NCBI GenBank assembly: GCA_043228905.1
Contig: JBHGNT010000005.1
Span: forward strand, 24,676,001-24,740,000
Origin: Azolla caroliniana
Taxonomy: Eukaryota > Plantae > Polypodiophyta
Length of the DNA: 64,000 nucleotides
Reading direction: 5' to 3'
The notes beneath the pieces are model-generated. The model was not told where the DNA came from. It was given only the letters and a program-made list of their open reading frames with translations, and searched no databases. A program made the position numbers and the translations under genes. Below, piece by piece: positions 38,449 through 48,048 of this stretch. How positions within the stretch are numbered: the first letter of the stretch is position 1; the number at the start of each line of letters is the position of its first letter.

Positions 38449-40310
38449 CTGCATAGAATTGGAGTGGCGAACTGAACGCGTGGTGGGACTATTACCTACA
38501 AGTCCGAGTATTGAAACGTGGTTATAATATATAGCTTACATCGGTCATACAACGACATCTTAGTCGGTATGAACCAAGAAATCGTTTTATCATTTTCCAA
38601 GGAATCAGAGCGGCGCAATGGAAGTGTGGTGGGCCCATAACCATAGGTCCCAAGATCAAAACCTGGCTCTGATATAAAGAGTTTGTTGGTGTTGTCGGAT
38701 CTATAGCCTCTAAACCTGAACCGACGTTCTAATCTTATGTTTGACATGCTTAGTTGTGGCGTGTCGGCAATACAACAACTTCCTAGTAGGAACAATTCGG
38801 GAGCCAAACGGTTTTGTTTTTAGGTTCTTCATAGAATTTGAGTTTTGTTTCTAGGTTCTTCACAGAATTTGAGTGGCGTAGTGGACATATGGTGGCTCAA
38901 TAACCCATAGGTTCCAACATTGAAATGTGCCTCTAATATATAGCCTACATCGGTGTGGTCAAATCGATACCCTTGATACCTAAGCCGTCGCTATTATGTT
39001 TTGTATATTCCGTGTTGGCGCGACGGCCATACAACAACATCTTAGTAGGGATGATCCGAGCCTCAAAGTGGTAATCTAATATAAAGAGTTTATTGGTGTA
39101 GTCGGATCTATAGCCTCAAAACCCGAACCGTCGGTCTTCTGTTTGACATGCTTCGTAGTAGTGTATTGACAATACAACAACTTCTTAGTAGGTACAATTC
39201 CAAAGCTAAAGCGGTAATTCTTTTAAGGTTCTTCAAACAATTTGATTGGCACAATGGATGTGTGGTGGCACTAACCTGCATAGCAACTTCTTAATTGGTA
39301 TAATCGGAGAGGCAACAATATGTGTCATTGTGGTCAGATCGATATGCTCGAATATGGAGCCGCCGCTCTTATGTTTTAGATGGTCAGTGTTGGCATGTCG
39401 GCCATACAACAACATCTTAGTAGGTATGATCCGAGCGTCAAAGTGGTAAAACTTTTTTTATTTTCGAAAGAATCAGAGTGGCGCAATGGAAGCATGTTGG
39501 GCCCATAACCCACAGGTCCTAAGATCAAAACCTGGCTCTTATACAAAGAGTTAGTTGGTGTCGTCAAATTTATAGCCTCGAAACCCAAACCGTCTTTCCT
39601 ATGTTTGACATGCTTAGTAGTGGCGTGTCAGCAATACAACAACTTCTTAGTACGTACAAAACGAGAGCCGAAGCGTGGTGGGCCCATAATCCATAGGTCC
39701 TAGGATTGAAACCTAGCTCAAGACTTTACTCGTGTGGTGTTGTCCGTCGGAATAGTAACCGACGAACAGGAGCGCAGAAACATAGAATATAGTAAAAACG
39801 TAACGCATGTAAGAGTTCACGCGGGAAGCGTGAACAGCTAAAAGACCCTATGTATATAAAGGGCAGAAATCCTCTGTAAGAGGTAGCATGTAAATTTGGG
39901 TGCATAGAGCGTTATCTTAATAGAGTGCTATCGTCTCTAATTCTTGTGCATATCTGTGGTTAATCTACTGTGTGTCTGTGATTCTTGGTGGCGTATTGTA
40001 ATCGTAAGGGCGTAGGCGGGAGTGCGAGTGTTGTTACTAGTGCACTGTCTGAGGAGTTCGGTTATAGCCATCTCCCTTATACGCTACTACGATACGGGGT
40101 GGTATCCCATTACATATTACGGTACGACGGTACCATTCGTTGCAACGCAATCACTTTGAGGTCTAGGTCGAAGGACTGACCGTAGACCGCGTTCCTAATT
40201 GGTAACATGTGGTCAGATGTATAAACTCGAATCCCAAACCGTCGCTCTTATGTTTGTCACACATAGTAGTTGTGTGTCAGCAATACAACAACTTCTTAGT
40301 AGGTATAACC
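38449..40310 (+). repeat. tRNA-iMet-derived tandem array, segments 5-6 (interrupted by solo LTR)
   Basis: Copies at ~38458, 38604, 38867, 39240 (partial), 39472, 39670 (partial). Confidence 0.88.
39738..40207 (+). mobile_element. solo LTR (gypsy-like family of 35962-38448), TSD TGTGG
   Basis: TGTTGTCC...GGTAACA, 470 bp, TATATAAA box. TGTGG at 39733-39737 and 40208-40212. Confidence 0.9.
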
Positions 40311-42683
40311 GAGGAATATGCATGGTCGGGTCTTCGGACCTAGTTTTCCTCTCCGGTCCTTAGCTACATGCACATATGCAAGACACCCGAATACCTTCAG
40401 ATGCCGGTAGGACACTTCCTTACTGGTCTAGACTCTCTGTAGCGTGTCTCCGTCCAAGGGCTTGAGGGTGATCTGTTTATCACATATGTCACCGTCGACA
40501 GTGCCTCAGCCCAAAACTTCTTGGGTAGTTTTGCACGCGCCAGCATACTCCGGACCCTCTCCATTATGGTTCGGTTCATCCTCTCGGCCAGCCCGTTTAG
40601 TTCCGGCATCTTCGGCACGGTAAACTCGAGTCGGATTCCCTTCGAGCGACAATACTCCTCGAACTGCCCCCGGTATTCACCTCCGTTATCTACTCAAACT
40701 GCCTTTAGCTTCCAGCCGGTTTCTCTTTCCACTCTCGCGTGGAGCTCTTTGAAGACGGATAACACCTGATCTTTCGTCTTCAACGGTGTGGCCCACAGCT
40801 TCCGGTTGTGGTCATCTATGAACGTCACGAAGTACTGCGATCCGGCATGTGACTTTGTGTCCACTTGACATACATCAGTATGCACCAACTCCAATGGTGC
40901 ATTACGTCTCATCGGTGGCCTCGATCGGAAGGAGGTCCGGTTTTGTTTACCAGCCAGACAATCAGTGCACTTCTCCAAGTGCACGTTCTTCACTGGAATG
41001 AGGTTGTCGTCTGCAAGCCTCTTCATCCCCTTCTCGCTCATGTGACACAGCCTCTTGTGCCACAGCTCACCGGCAGTGTCGGATGCCACGTTCACTTCTT
41101 CCGGGCATATGCGGGCATTCATCAGGTACAATGTGTTTACCTTCCGGGCCCGAGCCACAATTAGGCTCCCTTTGTTGAACTTCATAACACCATTCCGGAT
41201 GCTACCCGTGTAGCCTTCATCATCTAGCCGACCGGCTGATATCAGGTTCAGACGAACCTCCGGAACGTGTCGGACATCCTTCAGCAGCAGCTTGCATCCG
41301 GTTGGTGTTGTCAACCACACATCTCCTATGCCGACAATTCGGCATGTACCTTCATTCCCCATCCGGACACAGCCGTGATCACCGGCTGTGTAGGATGAGA
41401 AGTATTTCCGGTCCGGGGTGAGGTGGAACGACGCTCCGGAGTCGACCACCCAGGTCATCTCGTCGCCGGCAAGGTTTAGCTCACTCTCCTCGGTGATGAG
41501 CATCAACTCTTCTTCACTTGCCGTCGTTCCCTTCCGGTCCGGCCCCCTCCGGTCTTTACCGTTTCGGTCCGGTGTCCGCTTCGAATCGGTACCATCGGTT
41601 TCCTTGTCTTTTCGGAAGTGTTGACAGTTCTTCTGGAAGTGTCCCGGCTTGCCACAATAGAAGCAGGTAGGCCTCCCCCTTGACTTTGACCGTGTCCCCG
41701 ACTTCTCCCGATTCTGGGGACTACGGTTCCTTTGTCTTCCGCATTCCGATTCGGTAAGGAGCACTTTGGAGTCGGAGCTCGTATCCTTATCTTTCCGACG
41801 CACCTCCTCATCTAGCAAGCTCGACTTCACTCTTGCTAGGGATAACCATTTCCCTTCCAGCCCGGCGTTGCCCAAAGTGACAACCAACGTCTCCCAGCTA
41901 TCCGAGAGGGAACCGCACAGGAGCAGCGCTAGTACCTCATCGGCGAGGGGTACTTCCAATGATGTTGCCTGGTGTATCAACCCCTGGAAGGCATTCATGT
42001 GCTCCGCCATGCTGGAGCCATCTTGGTACCGGAGTCTTACTAGCTTCCGGAATACAGAAACCTGGTTGACAACATTTTTGTTCTGAAACATAATGCCAAT
42101 CTTCTCCCAGAGCTCATGAGCCTTGCTCTCTTCATTGAAGTTGTTGTATAGGCTCATGTCAATGAAGCACCGTATGTACGCCGTTGTCTTCATGTGCATC
42201 ACCTCCCATATCGTGGCGTCGATTTTGTCTGGTCTCTTGTCCCCGAACTGAACCGGCAACCAAAGATCTTTAACCACGAGCATGTCCCTCATCTTCGACT
42301 TCCACACGGAATAGTTGGAGCCGGTGAGCTTGAACATGCCTCCCAACAATTCGTCCATTTTCTGTGTCGTTTCGCTCTGATACCACTTTGTCAAGGAATA
42401 TGCGGACTAGTCTCCGGCAACAACCGAAGAGTGAATCACTTTGTACAGTCGAACACAGAAGAAATGAAGAATGGAGGTAAGTGCACAAACATAAAGAAAA
42501 AAAAAAGAGAATACACAGGATATTAACGTGGAAAACCCTGAGAGGGAAAAACCACGGGAGTCCACAAACTCCAAACTATCACTATATCACAATGATTACA
42601 ACAGTGAGCGCATGGAGGCAACGACCTCGTGCTCACAATCTTCGCCACAGGCGGCGGTTACAACAGAGGCAATGACCTCTCTA

Positions 42684-42727
<44 letters not shown>

Positions 42728-43095
42728 CACGGTTGCTCTCTCACAATCGTGACAACGACAATGACAACCTATACACTAAGTTTGCCCTAAGTCATATTTA
42801 TACTAAAATGACTTTTCGGCTATTTACAAATATAGCCCCGATGGACTCTCAAAAACATATTTACGAATATGTCCCTTCATCCGGTGAGCACTCCTCACCG
42901 GGCCTGCATCATCCGGCGCTTGCCGGGCACTCATCATCCGGTTCTCACCGGGTCTTCCATTTCCGGGTACTCCTCATCCGGTTCTCACTGGGTCTTCCAT
43001 TGCCGGGTACTCCACATCCAGTTTCGGCCTCGGCCGAGTTTGCTCATCAACACTGTTCTTCTCACTTCCCATCCAGAGGGACCTGTTTCCTAACA
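40305..43095 (-). mobile_element. Ty1/copia element G (Tnt1/Tork-like), 5' half: LTR 42389-43095, PBS, gag-PR-INT; 3' half deleted
   Basis: PBS TGGTATCAGAGCG on minus strand at 42373-42385. LTR TG..CA with CCCGTGGTTTTT..GGGTTTTCCACGTTAA. Sequence breaks off in integrase (CIFLGY) at ~40305. Confidence 0.9.
40694..42358 (-). CDS. copia gag-protease-integrase polyprotein (truncated)
   Basis: KLTGSNYSVWKSKM, CFYCGKPGHFQKNC, WVVDSGASFH, LWHKRLCH, VHTDVCQ. Confidence 0.85.
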   Translation of the reverse strand: MDELLGGMFKLTGSNYSVWKSKMRDMLVVKDLWLPVQFGDKRPDKIDATIWEVMHMKTTAYIRCFIDMSLYNNFNEESKAHELWEKIGIMFQNKNVVNQVSVFRKLVRLRYQDGSSMAEHMNAFQGLIHQATSLEVPLADEVLALLLCGSLSDSWETLVVTLGNAGLEGKWLSLARVKSSLLDEEVRRKDKDTSSDSKVLLTESECGRQRNRSPQNREKSGTRSKSRGRPTCFYCGKPGHFQKNCQHFRKDKETDGTDSKRTPDRNGKDRRGPDRKGTTASEEELMLITEESELNLAGDEMTWVVDSGASFHLTPDRKYFSSYTAGDHGCVRMGNEGTCRIVGIGDVWLTTPTGCKLLLKDVRHVPEVRLNLISAGRLDDEGYTGSIRNGVMKFNKGSLIVARARKVNTLYLMNARICPEEVNVASDTAGELWHKRLCHMSEKGMKRLADDNLIPVKNVHLEKCTDCLAGKQNRTSFRSRPPMRRNAPLELVHTDVCQVDTKSHAGSQYFVTFIDDHNRKLWATPLKTKDQVLSVFKELHARVERETGWKLKAV

Positions 43096-43263
43096 TAATC
43101 AGAGAGGCAACATGTGTCACTGTGGTCGAATCGATATGTTCGAATACGGAGCATGCGCTCTTATGGTTTAGATGGTCAGTGTTGGCATGTCAAGCATATA
43201 ACAACATCTTAGTAGGTATGATCTGAGCGTCAACATGGTAAAACTTTTTTTATTTTCCAAAGA

Positions 43264-43335
43264 ATCAGAGTGGCGCAGTGGAAGCGTGGTGGGCCCATAA
43301 CCCACAGGTCCTAGGATCGAAACCTAGCTCTGATA
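43264..43335 (+). tRNA. tRNA-iMet (CAT), fully paired variant
   Basis: Identical to the 24990 copy except the T-stem CTAGG/CCTAG, which still pairs. Confidence 0.75.
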
Positions 43336-45119
43336 TAAAGAGTTTGTTGGTGTCATCGGATTTATAGCCTCGAAACTCGAACAGTCGCTCTTATGTTTGA
43401 CATGCTTAGTAGTGCCCTGTCGGCAATACAACAACTTCTTAGTAGGTACAAAACGAGAGCCAAAGCGGTAACTCTTTCTAGGATCTTCATAGAATTTGAG
43501 TGGTGCATTGGACGCGTGGTGGGCCTATAACCCACAGGTCGCAATATTGATATGTGCCTGTGATATATAGCCTACATCGGTGTGGTCAAATCGATCACCT
43601 TGAATCCCAAGCCGTCACTTTTATGTTTTGTATGTTCTATGTTGATCCCTCGTCAAATTAGTAACTTCTTAATCGATATGATCGCTAAGGCATCAACATG
43701 TGTTAGTGTGGCCGGATCGATATGCTCGAATACGGAGTCATCGGTCTTATGTTTAAGATGTTCAGTGATGGCGCGTCAACTATACAACAACTTCTTAGTA
43801 GATATGATCCGAGCCTCAAAATGTTTCGTTTTCCAAGGAATCAAAGTGGCACAGTGGAAGCATGGTGGACCCATAAGCCACAACTCCTAGGATTGAAACC
43901 TGGCGCTGATATAATGACTTTATTCGTGTGGTCAGATGTATAGACTCGAATCCCGAATCGCTACTCTTATATTTGACATGCATAGTAGTTGCGTGTTGGC
44001 AATATAACAACTTCTTAGTAGGTACAATCCGAGAGCCAAAGCGATAATTCTTTTTAGGTTCTTCATAGAATTTGAGTGGCGCATTGAACGCGTGGTGGGC
44101 CTATTACCCACAGGTCCAAGTATTGAAACGTGTCTGTGATATATAGCCTACATCGGTGTGGTTGAATCGATACCCTTGAATCTCGAGTCGTCGCTTATAT
44201 CTTTCGTATGTTCCGTGTTGATGCCTCATCTAAATAGCAACTTCTTAATCGATACGATCACAGAGGCATCAACATGTGTTAGTGTGGTCAGATCGATATT
44301 CTGGAATACGGAGCCATCGCTCTTATGTTTCAGATGTTTAGTGCGGGCGCGTCGGCCATACAACGACATCTTAGTAGGTATGAGTCGAGAAATCCTTTTT
44401 TCGTTTTCCAAAGAATCATAGTGGCGCAGTGGAAGCGTGGTGGGCCCATAACCCATAGGTCTCAGGATCGAAACTTGTCTCTGATATAAAGACATTGTTG
44501 GTGTGGTCGGATCTATAGCCTCTACACCCAAACTGACGTTCTTATCTTATGTTTGACATTTTTAGTAGTGGCGTATCGGCAATACAACAACTTCTTAGTA
44601 GGTACAATTCGAGAGCCAAAACGGTTTTGTTTTTAGGTTCTTCATAGAATTTGAGTGGCTTAGTGGACATATGGTGGCTCAATAACCCATAGGTCCCAAC
44701 ATTGAAATGTGCCTCTGATATATAGCCTGCATCAGTGTGGTCGAATCGATACCCTTGATTCTTGAGATGTCGCTCTCATGTTTTGTATATTCAGTGATGG
44801 CGCGACGGCCATACAACAACAGCTTAGTAGGGATGATCTGAGCTTCAAAGTGGTAATCTTATATAAAGAGTTTATTGGTGTGGTCGGATCTACAGCCTCG
44901 AAACCCGAACCGTCAGTCTTATGTTTGGCATGCTTCGTAGTGGCGTATAATCGGAGAGGCAACAACATGTGTCACTATGGTCGGATCGATATGCTCGAAT
45001 ACGGAGCCGGCGCTCTTATGTTTTAGATGTTTAGTGTTGGCATTTCAAGCATACAACAACATCTTAGTAGGTATGATCCAAGCATCAAAGTGGTAAAACA
45101 TTTTTTATTTTTCAAAAGA

Positions 45120-45191
45120 ATCAGAGTGGCGCAGTGGAAGCGTGGTGGGCCCATAACCCACAAGTCCTAGGATCGAAACCTAGCTTTGATA
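45120..45191 (+). tRNA. tRNA-iMet (CAT), near-intact variant
   Basis: T-stem CTAGG/CCTAG, one G-U in the acceptor stem, G->A in the variable loop. Confidence 0.55.
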
Positions 45192-47043
45192 TAAAGAGTT
45201 TGTTGGTGTCGTTGGATTTATAGCCTCAAAACCCGAACCGTTGCTCTTATGTTTGACATGCTTAATGGTGGTCTGTCGGCAATACAACAACTTCTTAGTA
45301 GGTACAAAACGAGAGCCAAAGCGGTAAGTCTGTTTAGGATCTTCATAGAATCTTAGAATCTGAGTGGCGCACTGGACGCGTGGTGGGCCTATAACCCACA
45401 AGTTGTAGTATTGATATGTGCCTGTGATATATAGCCTACATCGGTGTGGTTGAATCGATCACCTTGAATCCCAAGCCGTCACTTTTATGTTTTGTATGTT
45501 CCGTGTTGATGCCTCATCAAATTAGTAACTTCTTAATCGGTATGATCGTTGAGGCATCAACATGTGTCAGTGTGGTTGTCAATTATACAACAACGTCTTA
45601 GTAGATATGATCCGAGCCTCAAAGTGGTAATCCTTTTTTTGTTTTCTAGGGAATCAGAGTGGCGCAGTGGAAGCGTGGTGGGCCCATAAGCCACAAGTCC
45701 CAAGATCGAAACCTAGCGCTAATATAATGACTTTATTCGTGTGGTCAGATGTATAGACTCGAATCCCGAACCGTTGCTCTTATATTTGACATGCATAGTA
45801 GTTGCATGTTGGCAATATAACAACTTCTTAGTAGGTACAATCCGAGAGCCAAAGCGGTAATTCTTTCACTGAACGCGTGGTGGGCCTATTACCCACAGGT
45901 CCGAGTATTGAAATGTGCCTGTGATATATAGCCTACATCGGTGTGGTCGAAATCGATACCCTTGAATCTCCAGCCGTCGCTTTTATGTTTTGTATGTTCC
46001 GTGTTGATGCCTCATCTAAATAGCAACTTCTTAATCGGTACGATCGCAGAGGCATCAACATGTGTCAGTGTGGTCGGATCGATATGATCGAGCCGTCGCT
46101 TTATGTTCCGTGCTGATGCAAGAATGGTTCCAGTCACATGGCATGAATATAAATGCTGAAATGCAAGAATGGTTCCAGTCACATGGCATGAATATAAATG
46201 CGATGTCCTGTTTCATTATAGCCTGGATTGTCCAGACTTGGATATGATGAAAGTGGAAAAGAATTGCATCAACCAAAATTTGATCATATAAGAATATGGT
46301 CCAGCTCCACAATGCCACTTGGGTGAAAGAAGGCTTATTACAAGGCTCTTTTCTTCACTTGACAGCTGATAAATTTATCAAGTTATTTTGAATGGATTCA
46401 CATATCTTATATCTTAGTGTGAAACTGCAGCCCAAGACCACTTCAGATCAGTCAGAGATGGAGACAAGAAGATCATGCAAAGCTCTAGAGAAAGAAAATT
46501 ACGAATTGTAAGCATCCCATCTTGTAAACCAGTTGTGAATAACAAAAGACTTATGGCTTGCCATACCAAAAAATGAGCATGTTTGTAAGTCCAAAAGAAG
46601 TGTTCTGTAGATCATGGCAACACCCAGTGGGGTCTTGACTGATCCCTTGGGCCCAAAATCTTCATGTCCAATACCTGTGTACAAAAATACATATGATCAA
46701 CCTTCAGCCTCCCATGATCAAGGTAGGGTTAGAATTCAATATTGTTCTTGCAGAAAAAGGTGCTTCCTAATCATAGGTGCATATTGAAAGTAAGGTACTC
46801 ATTTATTTGAAAGGTTCAAAGATGGGTAGCTCCATTTCCTGGGATCCCAAAAGACTCTAGAAAAGGGTTAGCCCTCACTAAAAATCGCGTTCCCTTAATC
46901 CAGAACCTAAAAAGGAAAAATTTCACAAATTGAACAAAGATGAGCATGACACTGGCAGGGAAAAAGTCTCACTATTTGGATATATTTTCTTGCCATCGAC
47001 ATATATATGTCACTCCACGAGACCGATAAGGAATTCAGCTAAG

Positions 47044-47305
47044 AATCAAAGTGGCATAGTGGAAGCATGGTAGGCAAATAATCTAACAGAAACATAACTA
47101 ACATAAGAGTGACATAGTGGAAGCACGTTAGGCACATAATGTAAAAGAAACATATCTAGCAATAAGAGTGGTATAGTTGAAGCATCTTAGGCACAAAATC
47201 TTTAAAACAAACATAACTAATAATAAGAGTGGCGTAGTGGAAGCATGGTGGGCTGATAAATCACAGATCCATCACAGATCCAAGGATCGAAACTTGCCTA
47301 TGATA
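47044..47305 (+). repeat. ~60-bp tandem repeat of tRNA-iMet 5' halves x4, last one extending to a degenerate full tRNA
   Basis: A(T/A)(C/A)AGAGTGG..TAGTGGAAGCA....AGGC.CA.AAT..AAACATAACTA at ~47044, 47103, 47162, 47223. The final copy ends CCAAGGATCGAAACTTGCCTATGATA. Confidence 0.75.
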
Positions 47306-48048
47306 TCATGCATACACTTTTATGGTTGGAGCAATAATCTGCAATATGGAGCCTCCTTTTAGACATTTTTAATCTTTGGCATTAGATTTAGATCAAGCGA
47401 CAAGCTTAGTTTACACCACTTCTGCTATGCTCTAATGGTTATTTAACATCTCTACGCCTTCTCAATAATTGGGTCTTGTTAATAATATGTCCCAAGATTG
47501 AAATCTGGCAGAGTTGAATCTTGGTACTATATAACCCATGAGTCCCAAGATTGAAATCTGGTTCTGATATCATAGTTGGAGCATACATACATAGTCATCA
47601 CATGGATGTGGCTAAAGTAAAGATACTAGCTTGGGATCCTAGCATCACCTCCTCACATTATAAATGAAAATATTGCATTTTGATTCCTTGATTTCGTGCA
47701 AAGAAGTACCAAAATAGAGAAACTCTTCTACAATAGCAAGGCCAGGAAAGAAAATGATATTTCTCATTAAATATTGCGAGAAGCATGAGTAATTTCAAAG
47801 GCCCAAAATATGTTGATGGATAAGCAAACATTAGAGATCTGACTTTACAGCATTCTAGCCATTACTATTTAGGAAGCCAATATCATGTTGTCTTGGCAAA
47901 AGCCACCCCCTTGTGATCGTAAGGTCAGAACATGTATCTAGTCCACTAAACATGTTTGATAAAAAGTATTAAGACAATTTTTTTTTACAATATATGCGCC
48001 CCATCACAAAAAAAAACAGATTTGGTGCTCCAACACAAGATTTTCCAA

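Larger units (their letters stand above)
43096..46115 (+). repeat. tRNA-iMet-derived tandem array, segment 7 (~10 copies; right end of array)
   Basis: Alternating CAT and TAT copies at 43264, 43494, 43840, 44070, 44415, 44649, 45120, 45358, 45652 and ~45870 (partial). Confidence 0.9.

Noticed and set aside
43311-43327. Apparent compensatory T-stem change CCAGG/CCTGG -> CTAGG/CCTAG as evidence of selection on tRNA structure
   Set aside because: Both changes are what CHG-methylation-driven deamination would produce, and each also occurs alone in other copies.
2630-45401. Many short ORFs with recurring text (KHKSDGSGF, GYGPTTLPL, SLLCFVCS)
   Set aside because: They are translations of the satellite on both strands, with inconsistent frames and stops; not protein genes.
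2203-46115. CRISPR-like repeat/spacer reading of the array
   Set aside because: The spacers are themselves homologous repeats, the context is eukaryotic and there are no cas genes.
46116-46202. 45-bp direct duplication at the array boundary
   Set aside because: Two copies only, consistent with local slippage; no recognisable function.
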